NCBI GenBank assembly: GCA_965243745.1
Contig: CBDEVR010000002.1
Span: 327,263-391,262, forward strand
From: Dehalococcoidia bacterium
GTDB lineage: Bacteria; Chloroflexota; Dehalococcoidia; Lucifugimonadales; Australimonadaceae
Direction of reading: 5' to 3'
DNA: 64,000 nucleotides
The first letter of the stretch is position 1. Every line of letters begins with the position of its first letter. Shown here piece by piece: positions 9,787-19,588 of this stretch. The position numbers were made by a program, and so were the translations under genes. The notes under the pieces are model-generated. The model was given only the letters and a program-made list of their open reading frames with translations. It did no database searches and was not told the origin of the DNA.

Positions 9787-10047
9787 ATGAGCACCGAGAG
9801 CGTTCCTGCCTACTTCGCCGACTTCAAGGAAGAGAACGCCAGACAGCACGGCGAACTGAGCGCCAAGATCGAGCAGACCAAGGGCGATCTGGGTGTTCGG
9901 CTAGAGCAGTCCGAAGGCAGGTTGAGTCTGCAGATAGAGCGTACGCAGGCAACGCTCATCAAATGGGTAGTAGCGACCATGCTCGGCGGCATCACCGCCG
10001 TCAGCGGCCTGATGTTCACGCTCGCCTACCTGATACAGTCTGCGTAG
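9787..10047 (+). CDS. Small coiled-coil protein with C-terminal TM helix (DUF1640-like)
   Basis: 86 aa. A heptad-like N-terminal half is followed by a hydrophobic C-terminus, IKWVVATMLGGITAVSGLMFTLAYLI. Confidence 0.5.
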   Translation: MSTESVPAYFADFKEENARQHGELSAKIEQTKGDLGVRLEQSEGRLSLQIERTQATLIKWVVATMLGGITAVSGLMFTLAYLIQSA

Positions 10048-10183
10048 AGCAAGGCCAGAGCTCTCGCCCTCCCCCTCCCCCGGATCACACTCCTTAGCAC
10101 CCACAACCCTCACTATTGCCCTCGCCTGCGTGCGGGCGTACAGTTCGCCGCAAGTGAACGGATGGCGCAGCCGGAGGTGTGCG

Positions 10184-11215
10184 ATGGCCGTGATCGACTC
10201 AGATGCCCACGTCGTGGAGTCGGAGCGGACGTGGGACTTCATCCCGGATGAGCTGCAGCACCTCCGCCCCATCGTCCTGCTGCCCAAGGAGGGCTACAAG
10301 TCGCCCTCTCCGGAGTTCTGGTATGTCGACGGGCGGGCCTTCAGCAAGGGCGTCAACGTCGGCCTCGACACCGACGAGGCCACCCGCGAGGCGAGCGACA
10401 TCGCCAGGCGGCTCGCCCACATGGATGAGCTCGGCGTCGACACGCACGTCCTCTACCCCAGCATCTTCCTCCGCCCGCTTGCCACGCACCCTGAGGTGGA
10501 CCTGGCGCTCGCACAGGGCTACAACCGCTGGCTCGCCGACATCCACCGGCAGGGCGGCGGACGCCTCCGTTGGGCCGTCGTGCTCCCCACGATGTCGCTC
10601 GGCGAGTCGATCGAAGAGATGCAGTTCGGGAAGGACAACGGGGCGTGCGCGGTGTTCATGCGCGGCATCGAGGGCCCGCACCGGCTGAGCGACCCGTACA
10701 TGACCCCGCTCTGGGAGGAGGCGCAGCGGCTGGACCTCCCGGTATGTATCCATGCCGCGACCGGCAACTTCGCTTTCTTCGACTACTTCGGGCGCGATGC
10801 GGGCTTCTCCACGTTCAAGCTCTCCGGCGTCGGCGCGTTCCACGACATCGTTATGAAGGACATGCACCTGCGCTTCCCCGACCTGCGCTGGGGGTTCGTG
10901 GAGCTGAGCGCGTCGTGGGTCCCGTACGCGATGAACGACCTGGCGCTGCGGTTCGAGAAGCGGGGCAAGGCGTGGCCGGGACGCGAACTGCTGGCGGAGC
11001 GCAACATCTGGGTCGCCGTGCAGACCGCCGACGACATCGATTACATCATCGACTGCGCGGGCGAGGACAACCTCGTGCTCGGCACGGACTACGGCCACAA
11101 CGACACCTCGACCGAGCTGCACGCGCTCCGCAACCTGCGCGAGAACGGCGGACTCGGCGACGAGGTGGCGGACAAGATACTCGACCACAACCCCACGAAA
11201 CTCTACGCGCTCTAG
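10184..11215 (+). CDS. Amidohydrolase-2 (ACMSD-like, PF04909-type) family protein
   Basis: MAVIDSDAHVVE..., HVLYPS..., VCIHA..., LGTDYGHND motifs. The ATG at 10184 follows GGAGG. Confidence 0.8.
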   Translation: MAVIDSDAHVVESERTWDFIPDELQHLRPIVLLPKEGYKSPSPEFWYVDGRAFSKGVNVGLDTDEATREASDIARRLAHMDELGVDTHVLYPSIFLRPLATHPEVDLALAQGYNRWLADIHRQGGGRLRWAVVLPTMSLGESIEEMQFGKDNGACAVFMRGIEGPHRLSDPYMTPLWEEAQRLDLPVCIHAATGNFAFFDYFGRDAGFSTFKLSGVGAFHDIVMKDMHLRFPDLRWGFVELSASWVPYAMNDLALRFEKRGKAWPGRELLAERNIWVAVQTADDIDYIIDCAGEDNLVLGTDYGHNDTSTELHALRNLRENGGLGDEVADKILDHNPTKLYAL

Positions 11216-11245
11216 CGACATCCAGGACGAAAGGGAGGACCTGCC

Positions 11246-12247
11246 ATGTCACGCATCGGAAGGATCGGACGTCTGGGACGGCTCATGCTGCTCGCGGGAG
11301 CGCTCGCGGCCATCGCCGCATTCGGCGCAGCCTGCGGCGACGACGAGCCGGAGTTCCCGACCCGCGACATCGAATGGTTCGTGGGGTTCGGAGCGGGCGG
11401 CGGGTTCGACACCGCCAGCCGCATCATCGCGGAGAAGATGGGCGAGGACCTCGGCGTGAACGTCGTGGTGCGGAACATCGAGGGCGGCGGCGGACGGCGC
11501 GCCGTGCAGGAGATCGCACGATCCGACCCGGACGGCCATGCCATCTCCATCATGAACATGCCGAACCAGATAACGGCGGAACGGCTCGACCCCGAGGACG
11601 TGGACTTCAACGAACTCTCCTGGGTGGGGCGCGCGGTCATCCAGACCTACGGCCTGTACACCGCGTCCGCGAACGACTTCAACACACCGCAGGACCTGCA
11701 GGGCATGCCGGACGTCCGCTTCTGCCTGAGCGGCCTCGCCGGGCACTCCTTCCTCGTCGCGTCCGTCACCACAGAGGTGATGGGCATCGCGTGGAACCCG
11801 GTAACGGGCTACCGCGGCCAGGAGACGCAGGCCGGACTGCTGCGCGGCGACTGTGAACTGGCGCTCGGTCCGATCGCCGGCTCGACGCTGACCGCGGTGC
11901 AGGGGCCGGACTTCAAGGTGCTGTGGATGTACTCCAGCGAGCGCTTCGGCCCAGTGCCCGACGCGCCGACCGTGGACGAGCTTGGCTTCCCCGAACTGGG
12001 CGGCTCCAAGTTCGCGAATAACGGACTCGTCGCGGCGGCCCCCGGCACACCGGACGATATCCTGCAGATACTGGCGGACGCGTTCGACAGCGCGCTGCAG
12101 GACGCGGACGTTATCGCCGGCATCAACAACGCGGGTATGGGCGTCGAGCGGCTCACCCCTGACGAGACGGCCGACGTCGTCTCGGGGATGGACGGCATCG
12201 TCTCGGAGTACATCGACACGGTACGGCAGAAGTCGCAGGCACAATAG
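11246..12247 (+). CDS. tctC: Tripartite tricarboxylate transporter substrate-binding protein (TctC/Bug family)
   Basis: Lipoprotein-like leader (..AAFGAACGDD) and the Bug-family core VGFGAGGGFDTASRIIAEKM...VVVRNIEGGGG. Confidence 0.85.
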   Translation: MSRIGRIGRLGRLMLLAGALAAIAAFGAACGDDEPEFPTRDIEWFVGFGAGGGFDTASRIIAEKMGEDLGVNVVVRNIEGGGGRRAVQEIARSDPDGHAISIMNMPNQITAERLDPEDVDFNELSWVGRAVIQTYGLYTASANDFNTPQDLQGMPDVRFCLSGLAGHSFLVASVTTEVMGIAWNPVTGYRGQETQAGLLRGDCELALGPIAGSTLTAVQGPDFKVLWMYSSERFGPVPDAPTVDELGFPELGGSKFANNGLVAAAPGTPDDILQILADAFDSALQDADVIAGINNAGMGVERLTPDETADVVSGMDGIVSEYIDTVRQKSQAQ

Positions 12248-12268
12248 CGGGGGAGGCTCGGCACTCTC

Positions 12269-13777
12269 ATGTTCGAGGCATTCCTCGACGGCCTCGCAGG
12301 GATGGGCAGCCCCGCCGTGATCGGGGCGATCATCCTGGGCACGACGCTCGGCGTCCTGTTCGGGGTGATTCCCGGTCTCGGCAGCGTCATCGCGATGACG
12401 CTGATCCTGCCGTTCACGTTCGGCTGGGACCCCATCATCGCGATGTACGTGTTCGCGGGCATCATCGGCACCGCAAGCACAGGCGGCGGGGTGCCGGCCA
12501 TCCTCCTCAATACGCCTGGGACGATCGCAAACGTCTGTACGACGTTCGACGGCTTCCCCATGACGCGGCGGGGCGAGGGCGGACGCGCCATAGGGCTGGC
12601 TGCCACTGCGTCGGCGCTCGGCACGCTGTTCAGCATCGTCGTGCTCGCGGCGCTGCTGCCGCTGGCGGAGGTCATGCTGCGGGCATTCACGCCGCCGGAC
12701 TTCTTCTGGCTCATCATCCTGGGCCTCATCGCCGTGACGTTCGCGTCGCGGCAGAACATGGTGAAGGGGCTCGCTGCAGGCGGCGTCGGCATCCTCATCG
12801 CGCTCATCGGGTTCAGCCCCGTGTTCGGCGTGCGGCGCTACACGCTCGGGAGCGAGTACCTGTGGGACGGCATCGAGATCGTCCCGCTCGTCATCGGTTT
12901 CTTCGCACTGAGCGAGCTCATCGTCTACACGTCGCGCGGCGGCTCCATCGCGCGGGATGCCAGCGTCCACCTCGGCGGCTTCCGGCAGATCATGCGCGGG
13001 GCGGTGGAGGTGTTCCAGTACAAGGCGATCCTGCTGCGCGGCTCGGTCATCGGAACGGTGATCGGGGCCATCCCCGGCGCGGGCGGCGCGGTGGCCAACT
13101 TCCTCTCCTACTCGACCGCCAAGCAGGCGTCCAAGACACCGGAGCTGTTCGGCACGGGCTATCCGGGCGGGGTCGTCGCGTCAGAGTCGTCCAACGACGC
13201 GAAGGACGGCGGCATCCTGCTGCCGACGCTGACGTTCGGCATCCCCGGCAACGGAGAAATGGTCATCCTGATGGGCGCATTCGTGCTGCACGGCATACAG
13301 CCGGGGCGGGACCTGCTCGTGAACCGGCTGGACATCGTGTGGGCCATCATCCTGGGCGTCATCGCGGCGCAGGTGCTCACCACCATCATCATCCTGGGCG
13401 GCGGGGCGTGGCTCGCGCGCATCAGCCTCGTGCCGGTGAAGTACATCGCGCCGTTCGTGGCCATCCTCTCGTTCATCGGCGTCTACGCCGTGCGAAGCAA
13501 CATCTGGGACGTGGCGCTCGCGGTGTTCGCGGCCCTCGTGGGCTTCTCGATGCGGCGCGCCGGGTTCCCGCTCATCACGCTGGTGATCGGGTTTGTGCTC
13601 GGTCAGCTGGCGGAGGAGAAGTTCACGCAGTCGCTCCAGATATCGGGCGGGGGCTACTCGATATTCTTCACACGTCCGGTCTCCATCGTCCTGCTGCTCG
13701 GCATCGTGTTCATGCTCGGCTGGTCGATGTACAAGGCGGCGAAGAAGGCCCCTGCGCCGCAGACGGCAGAGTCATGA
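12269..13777 (+). CDS. tctA: Tripartite tricarboxylate transporter permease TctA
   Basis: 502-aa polytopic protein with IPGLGSVIAMTLILP and GAIPGAGGAVANFLSY motifs. Confidence 0.85.
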   Translation: MFEAFLDGLAGMGSPAVIGAIILGTTLGVLFGVIPGLGSVIAMTLILPFTFGWDPIIAMYVFAGIIGTASTGGGVPAILLNTPGTIANVCTTFDGFPMTRRGEGGRAIGLAATASALGTLFSIVVLAALLPLAEVMLRAFTPPDFFWLIILGLIAVTFASRQNMVKGLAAGGVGILIALIGFSPVFGVRRYTLGSEYLWDGIEIVPLVIGFFALSELIVYTSRGGSIARDASVHLGGFRQIMRGAVEVFQYKAILLRGSVIGTVIGAIPGAGGAVANFLSYSTAKQASKTPELFGTGYPGGVVASESSNDAKDGGILLPTLTFGIPGNGEMVILMGAFVLHGIQPGRDLLVNRLDIVWAIILGVIAAQVLTTIIILGGGAWLARISLVPVKYIAPFVAILSFIGVYAVRSNIWDVALAVFAALVGFSMRRAGFPLITLVIGFVLGQLAEEKFTQSLQISGGGYSIFFTRPVSIVLLLGIVFMLGWSMYKAAKKAPAPQTAES

Positions 13778-14328
13778 CGCGCATCAACGGCTTCAACCTC
13801 GGCGTCTACGCCTTCCTGCTCACCGTCGCGCTGAGCATCGTGCTCGGCGCGACGGCCTACGCAGGCAAGCAGCAGTTGACGGCGTTCGTCATCGGGATCC
13901 CCACCATCACGCTCCTCGTCTTCCTCGTGCTTGCGGAGGTGACGCCGCGCCTGATCAAGCTGACGGGGGCGTTCGGCGTCTCGGAGGACGACGCCCCGCA
14001 GGCCGCCGAGGACGACGCGGGCGGAAGCCCGGGCGGCATGGAGGCGGGCTCCTGGCGGCGCGTCGGCATCGTCTACGGCTGGCTTGTGCTCTACTTCGCA
14101 ATGACGTTCGTGTTCGGGTTCTACATCGCGATACCCGTCTTCATGGTGCTCTTCCTCACCATCGAGTCGCGACTCATCCCCGTCTACGCCGTTGGGGTCA
14201 CGGTGGCGGCGGGCCTGCCGCTGTACATCATCTTCCGGCTGGTGCTGGACATCCCCCTCTGGACGGGCATCCTGCCACGCATCCTGCCGGGCATCATCGG
14301 CGGCGGCACCATCCCGCAACTGAACTAG
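13774..14328 (+). CDS. tctB: Tripartite tricarboxylate transporter small subunit TctB
   Basis: 184-aa protein with four hydrophobic segments. Its ATG overlaps the tctA stop (ATGA). In the track it is hidden inside ORF 12862..14328. Confidence 0.7.
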   Translation: MTRINGFNLGVYAFLLTVALSIVLGATAYAGKQQLTAFVIGIPTITLLVFLVLAEVTPRLIKLTGAFGVSEDDAPQAAEDDAGGSPGGMEAGSWRRVGIVYGWLVLYFAMTFVFGFYIAIPVFMVLFLTIESRLIPVYAVGVTVAAGLPLYIIFRLVLDIPLWTGILPRILPGIIGGGTIPQLN

Positions 14329-14380
14329 GGCGCGCTCAGCCTCCGATCAGGACGATCCTTCTCCCGCGCAGCGGTTGGAG
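14287..14380. repeat. Direct repeat copy A (tctB 3' end plus a 15-codon fragment of the carbonic anhydrase 3' end)
   Basis: About 92 nt with about 6 mismatches to 26067..26159. The minus strand encodes LQPLRGRRIVLIGG*, identical to the carbonic anhydrase C-terminus. Confidence 0.85.
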
Positions 14381-14540
14381 CTACGGTACGGGCGCGTCGG
14401 CTCCGACCGCTCCTCTGAAGTTGACCTTGACCCTGAGAGGCGTAACATGAAGCCGGTTCGCCTATCGGTTTTTTGCGGTAGTTGGATGTGCATCCCTGCT
14501 CCGGCACATCCGATGCAGTGCTCCATGGAGGGTAACGGAT

Positions 14541-15911
14541 ATGCAACAGGCGAATGGGACACAGCGACGGAATGGACGCAGCAGGAACGGACCAACGCCA
14601 TACGAGGCCGCCGTCCTCGGCTTCCGCAACTACTGGTACCCCGTCTTTACCTCAGGCGAAGTGGATGAGAAGGCACGGGCCATGACGCTGCTCGGCGACG
14701 ACCTCTTCTTCGTCAGGCGGCAGGGAAAGGTCTACGCGCTGATCAACGAATGCGCCCACCGCGGCACGCGCTTCACTCACCCCCTCGGCATCTACTACTT
14801 CAAGGGCACACCTACCATCACCTGCGGCTACCACGGCTGGACCTACGACGTGACCAATGGCATGTGCGTCGCGGTCCCCACGGAAGGACCGACGAGCCAG
14901 GTGCCGGGCAAGGTGCGCCTGCGCACCTACCCCGTGGAGGAGCGCGCAGGCATCATCTGGGTCTGGATCGGTGAGCAGACTCCTGTGCCCGTGGAGGAGG
15001 ACATCCCCAAGGCACTCCTCCTCGACAACGCCGTGGTCAAGGTCCGCAACGTCATCTTCAACGGGAACTGGCGGTGGCACGCCGAAAACGTCAACGGCGG
15101 ACACGACTTCATCGTCCACAACCTGGCCGCGCGGAACTGGTTCAAGCCACTGAAGGTGTTCCCGGACCCGGAGACCAACTTCCCCCATGAAGTCGAGGAC
15201 TGGGACGGTAAGGGCGTCGCTTCGACCCAGGGACGAGGCAACAAAACCCCGTCCTACGATGTGTGGGACATACCGGGCCTGGGGAGATGGCCCCAGCGGC
15301 CCCTGTGGCACCGGCTGCTTCTGAACTGGTGGATCCGGCGGGCCCCGCGGTACGGCGGCGCCGGGGTAAAGGGCGGTATGTTGTCATTGCCGGGCTACTT
15401 CCGCGTGCCCGGACACCCGAACAACGGCAACCTCTACTACGAGTGGTACGTCCCCGTTGATGAGGACCACTACATCTACTTCCAGGTCACGAGCTGGTTC
15501 CCCACGAACATATTCGGGCGGCTGGGTCACTGGCTGAAGTACTACCTCCACGGAAAACCGATAGGCGTTGTCCGGTTCAACAACCAGGACGCCGCCATGG
15601 TCGCGGAGACCACGGCCTACGTGAACCGGCACGGCCCCGGCGCCGAACGGTACTTCTCCAAGCTCACCCAGAACGACCGGTTCCACGAATTCTGGCGGGA
15701 GTACTGCAACAAGCATGCCCGCGGCGTCGGTCACGCGTACACACGGACCGGGGACTCCGAGGCGTTACCGGCAGCGCGCAACGGACATGCAGAGCAGGTA
15801 TCGGCACGCCAGAAACCAGGTCCACCTATCGGCCCACCGCCTCACGATACTGCGCCTAGCGTGCCGACACCTGCATCGGCACGTTCCGGGGAACAGCCCC
15901 GTGGAGGGTAA
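14541..15911 (+). CDS. Rieske [2Fe-2S] non-heme iron oxygenase, tandem copy 1 (with a read-through C-terminal extension)
   Basis: Rieske motif CAHRG...CGYHGW and catalytic-domain motif NWRWHAENVNGGHDFIVH. The C-terminal 44 aa are read from the inter-copy spacer. Confidence 0.8.
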   Translation: MQQANGTQRRNGRSRNGPTPYEAAVLGFRNYWYPVFTSGEVDEKARAMTLLGDDLFFVRRQGKVYALINECAHRGTRFTHPLGIYYFKGTPTITCGYHGWTYDVTNGMCVAVPTEGPTSQVPGKVRLRTYPVEERAGIIWVWIGEQTPVPVEEDIPKALLLDNAVVKVRNVIFNGNWRWHAENVNGGHDFIVHNLAARNWFKPLKVFPDPETNFPHEVEDWDGKGVASTQGRGNKTPSYDVWDIPGLGRWPQRPLWHRLLLNWWIRRAPRYGGAGVKGGMLSLPGYFRVPGHPNNGNLYYEWYVPVDEDHYIYFQVTSWFPTNIFGRLGHWLKYYLHGKPIGVVRFNNQDAAMVAETTAYVNRHGPGAERYFSKLTQNDRFHEFWREYCNKHARGVGHAYTRTGDSEALPAARNGHAEQVSARQKPGPPIGPPPHDTAPSVPTPASARSGEQPRGG

Positions 15912-15916
15912 CGGAT

Positions 15917-17167
15917 ATGCAACAGGCGAATGGGACACAGCGACGGAATGGACGCAGCAGGAACGGACCAACGCCTTACGAGGCTGCCGTCCTCGGCTTC
16001 CGCAACTACTGGTACCCCGTCTTTACCTCAGGCGAAGTGGATGAGAAGGCACGGGCCATGACGCTGCTCGGCGACGACCTCTTCTTCGTCAGGCGGCAGG
16101 GAAAGGTCTACGCGCTGATCAACGAATGCGCCCACCGCGGCACGCGCTTCACTCACCCCCTCGGCATCTACTACTTCAAGGGCACACCTACCATCACCTG
16201 CGGCTACCACGGCTGGACCTACGACGTGACCAATGGCATGTGCGTCGCGGTCCCCACGGAAGGACCGACGAGCCAGGTGCCGGGCAAGGTGCGCCTGCGC
16301 ACCTACCCCGTGGAGGAGCGCGCAGGCATCATCTGGGTCTGGATCGGTGAGCAGACTCCTGTGCCCGTGGAGGAGGACATCCCCAAGGCACTCCTCCTCG
16401 ACAACGCCGTGGTCAAGGTCCGCAACGTCATCTTCAACGGGAACTGGCGGTGGCACGCCGAAAACGTCAACGGCGGACACGACTTCATCGTCCACAACCT
16501 GGCTGGCCGGAACTGGTTCAAGACGTTGCGGGCCTACCAGGACCCGGAGATCAACACACCTGAGGAACTCGAGGACTGGGATGGGAAGGGTGTTGCTTCT
16601 CGCACCCGGGACGCCGGCAAGTCCTACAGCATATGGGACATACCAGGCCTGGGGAGATGGCCCCAGCGGTCTTTGTGGCACCGGCTGCTTCTGAACTGGT
16701 GGACCCGGTCGACCCGCCGGTACGGCGGCGCCGGGATAAGCCGGGGCATGTTGTCATTGCCGGGCTACTTCCGCGTGCCCGGACACCCGAACAACGGCAA
16801 CCTCTACTACGAGTGGTACGTCCCCGTTGATGAGGACCACTACATCTACTTCCAGGTTACGAGCTGGTTCCCCACGAACGTATTCGGCCGGCTGGGTCAC
16901 TGGCTGAAGTACTACCTCCACGGGAAGCCACTGGGGGTTGTCCGGTTCAACAACCAGGACGCCGCCATGGTGGCGGAGACCACCGCCTACGTGAAGCGGC
17001 ACGGCCCCGCCGCCGAGCACTACTTCTCCAAGCTCACCCAGAACGACCGGTTCCATGAGCTCTGGCGGGAGTACTGCAACAAGCATGCCCGCGGCGTCGG
17101 TCACGCGTACACACGGACCGGGGACTCCGAGGCGTTACCGGCAGCGGTCGGTGCCCCCGACTCGTAG
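15917..17167 (+). CDS. Rieske [2Fe-2S] non-heme iron oxygenase, tandem copy 2
   Basis: Same motifs as copy 1. The first about 195 aa are identical to copy 1. Confidence 0.85.
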   Translation: MQQANGTQRRNGRSRNGPTPYEAAVLGFRNYWYPVFTSGEVDEKARAMTLLGDDLFFVRRQGKVYALINECAHRGTRFTHPLGIYYFKGTPTITCGYHGWTYDVTNGMCVAVPTEGPTSQVPGKVRLRTYPVEERAGIIWVWIGEQTPVPVEEDIPKALLLDNAVVKVRNVIFNGNWRWHAENVNGGHDFIVHNLAGRNWFKTLRAYQDPEINTPEELEDWDGKGVASRTRDAGKSYSIWDIPGLGRWPQRSLWHRLLLNWWTRSTRRYGGAGISRGMLSLPGYFRVPGHPNNGNLYYEWYVPVDEDHYIYFQVTSWFPTNVFGRLGHWLKYYLHGKPLGVVRFNNQDAAMVAETTAYVKRHGPAAEHYFSKLTQNDRFHELWREYCNKHARGVGHAYTRTGDSEALPAAVGAPDS

Positions 17168-17250
17168 CGCGGTCAGGGATATGGCGGAGGCTACAAGGTG
17201 CGGCAGCCTACCGGCTGCACCTGCGTGAACGTGTGTGCCTGCGCAACCCG

Positions 17251-18012
17251 CTAGGCCGCCGGGACCGCCACCACCTGGTCATGGAACCTGAAGATCAGCT
17301 CATTGAGCCGGTCTTCCGCGATCCGCACACCGCCCGCTCCGAAGTTGGGCTCTATCGCCAGGTGAGCGTTGGAGACCCTGTCGCGCAGCTCGTAGGTATG
17401 CAGGATCGGGTGCGTGAGGTCCTCCGTGCTGTCGGTGCGAACGATGAACATGGGTATGGCGATCTGCGGCACCAAGTCCCACAGGTTGAAGAACTCCTGC
17501 AGCTCCGGCTTGTTGCGGATGTTGAAGTAGTTCCAGACCACGTCCATCCAGTCGGCGCCGTGCCGCCGCTCCATCTCCTGCTGCTGCGCGGGCGGCAGCT
17601 TGTTGCCGTCCCCGCCCGAGGCGTTCAGACGAGCCGTGGCCTCGGGCGTGATCGCGATGATGGGGTTGACTACGACGACCGAGCGGACTCGCTGCGGATT
17701 GTTGATGGCGAAGCGCATGGCGATCCGCGAGCCCAGGCTGGTGCCAAAGATGTGGACGGTGTCAATGCCAAGCTGGTCGAGCAACTCGCCGATGTCGTCG
17801 ACCCAGGCGGTCGGCGGCATTTCGGTCACGTGCTCGCTGCGGCCCATGGAGCGCAGGTCGGGTGCGATGACCCGGAACCGGGTGGAGAGTCCGGGGTACT
17901 GTGGCTCGAAAGCGTGGGCGCTGCCAGTCGCCCCATGAACCATGACGAAGACGTCTCCTGAGCCCACGTCGTCATAGTAGTGATTGAGTCCAGCTATCGT
18001 GGTCGTCGGCAT
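17251..18012 (-). CDS. Alpha/beta-fold hydrolase
   Basis: FVMVHGATGS..., RVIAPDLRSMGRS and nucleophile elbow GTSLGS. Start ATG 18010-18012 follows GAGGAGG. Confidence 0.8.
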   Translation of the reverse strand: MPTTTIAGLNHYYDDVGSGDVFVMVHGATGSAHAFEPQYPGLSTRFRVIAPDLRSMGRSEHVTEMPPTAWVDDIGELLDQLGIDTVHIFGTSLGSRIAMRFAINNPQRVRSVVVVNPIIAITPEATARLNASGGDGNKLPPAQQQEMERRHGADWMDVVWNYFNIRNKPELQEFFNLWDLVPQIAIPMFIVRTDSTEDLTHPILHTYELRDRVSNAHLAIEPNFGAGGVRIAEDRLNELIFRFHDQVVAVPAA

Positions 18013-18073
18013 GTCGCTGCCTCCTCTCGCCAAAAGCCTTCACACGGATTCTACGCGTGCCGGTACTGTTCCC

Positions 18074-18523
18074 CTACCCCTTGAAATGGGCCTGAAAGTG
18101 CTCCGCGGCCTCCTGTTCGAGAACGCCTCTGAGTACTTTGGTGTGGTCTCCCACATTCATCAGGGCGATGAGCCTGTCCAGGTTGTCTTCCCCCGGCACC
18201 GGCCTGATCCCTGAGACTACGAGGGAGACCTTGTTGGCTAACATCACCCCACAGCACATCATGCAGCTGCCCTGGTTGTTGTAGACCGTGCAACCCGTCA
18301 TGTCGGCGGTCCCCAGACGCTGAGCGGCCTCCTGGATGGCCAGTATCTCAGCGTGACCGGTGGGGTTCTTCGTGGAATCTATCCGAGGCCCACTCCGTCC
18401 AACGACGATGCCGTCGTGCACCACAACCGTTCCGTACGGGCGGCCTCCGGCCTGGGCGGACATGGCCGCCTCAGCCATGGCCAGGCGCATGAACCACTCG
18501 TGGTCAGCTTGTGCGCTCGTCAT
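18074..18523 (-). CDS. Cytidine/deoxycytidylate (CDA)-type nucleoside/nucleobase deaminase
   Basis: HAE zinc motif (GHAEILAIQEA) and a second zinc motif variant SCMMCC; 149 aa. Confidence 0.75.
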   Translation of the reverse strand: MTSAQADHEWFMRLAMAEAAMSAQAGGRPYGTVVVHDGIVVGRSGPRIDSTKNPTGHAEILAIQEAAQRLGTADMTGCTVYNNQGSCMMCCGVMLANKVSLVVSGIRPVPGEDNLDRLIALMNVGDHTKVLRGVLEQEAAEHFQAHFKG

Positions 18524-18723
18524 GTCTCATCCTTTCGAAGGGTCCCCGTTCCATGAGGCCCTCGCCACGGACCGCGGGGCGACGAATCCCCTGCGGCACA
18601 CTTGCTTGCAGCGACCCTAATTTATCACTACCATGCCAATAGTGTGCAGGAAGTGATTACTCCTGCGTGGGTGGATACAGGAATCGAGCGAGGCAAGGTC
18701 ACGCCTCAGATCGGGGTCATGAG

Positions 18724-19527
18724 ATGCTCCTTGAACAGACCCTCCCAAGTGGTATGCGATTCTGGATAGCCCGGCCCGAAACCGACAGTCCCCGTCCCGC
18801 CGTATTCCTCCACCACGAGCGGTTCGGCCCGGTGAAGCATAGCTTCGAGTCGATAGAGAAGATCGCCAGTGACGGTTTCGTGGGTTGCCTCCCGGACCTG
18901 TACCATCGCTTCGACGGCGACCGAGGGCTGCTGGAGCGGGCGGAGGACCGATGCGACCCCACCGACGAGGAGACACTGGCCGACCTGGACGAGTCGGTGG
19001 CGTACCTCCGTACGCTGGACTTCGTGAACGGGAACAACATCGGCATGGCGGGCTTCTGCGCGACGGGCCGCGCCCCGATCCTCTACGCGGCATCGCGTGA
19101 CCTGAAGGGCATCGCCGTCTTCCACGGAGGCGTTTACGAGCGCGACTATGATCCCGTCTACCCCGGGCAGGGGACGGTTTCCGCAATGATCCCGAGTCTA
19201 TCGTGCCCTACATTCGGCGCCTTCGGTGAGTCCGACTTCCTCGTGTCCCTGGAGAACGTACAGCGCTTCCGTACAGAGTTGGAGCAGCACCGGAAGAGCT
19301 ACCGCATCAAGATATTCGCGAACATGCCGCACGCCTGGGGTGTCGACGACGATTCGGGAAGATTCCGGCCACATGAGGCCGAGGAGGCCTGGCGGATGAT
19401 GGTCTCATTCTTCGATGAGGTCTTCACCGACAGGTGGGATGCCGGACGCGCCGTGTGGCAGTTCGACAGTGACATCGCCCCTGACTACGACTACGAGACG
19501 GTGGTCGCGCAGAGCCAGAGCTCCTAG
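18724..19527 (+). CDS. Dienelactone hydrolase family protein
   Basis: ...PAVFLHHERFG...GFVGCLPDLYHR...GMAGFCATG...; ATG at 18724. Confidence 0.7.
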   Translation: MLLEQTLPSGMRFWIARPETDSPRPAVFLHHERFGPVKHSFESIEKIASDGFVGCLPDLYHRFDGDRGLLERAEDRCDPTDEETLADLDESVAYLRTLDFVNGNNIGMAGFCATGRAPILYAASRDLKGIAVFHGGVYERDYDPVYPGQGTVSAMIPSLSCPTFGAFGESDFLVSLENVQRFRTELEQHRKSYRIKIFANMPHAWGVDDDSGRFRPHEAEEAWRMMVSFFDEVFTDRWDAGRAVWQFDSDIAPDYDYETVVAQSQSS

Positions 19528-19588
19528 TTACGAAGGCTTTGGCCGTGGACGGTCGGCGTCAGTGCCTGACGACAGTCCCTTGACATAG

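Noticed and set aside
11249-12970. Very long antisense ORFs in the track: 11249..12970 (573 aa), 35719..37407 (562 aa), 37669..39330 (553 aa), 53110..54585 (491 aa), 57356..59179 (607 aa), 50792..52225 (477 aa), 5656..7233 (525 aa), 47995..49242 (415 aa) and similar.
   Set aside because: They lie opposite or out of frame to genes with clear family signatures. They have extreme Arg/Gly/Ala/Pro/His composition typical of shadow ORFs in high-GC DNA. They contain no recognisable motifs.
15778-15911. The 44-aa C-terminal extension of Rieske copy 1 as a genuine extra domain.
   Set aside because: It is translated from the inter-copy spacer, is Pro/Ala/Arg-rich, contains the hairpin GTGCCGA-N8-TCGGCAC, and runs through the Shine-Dalgarno of copy 2. 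It is most simply a by-product of stop-codon loss at the duplication junction.
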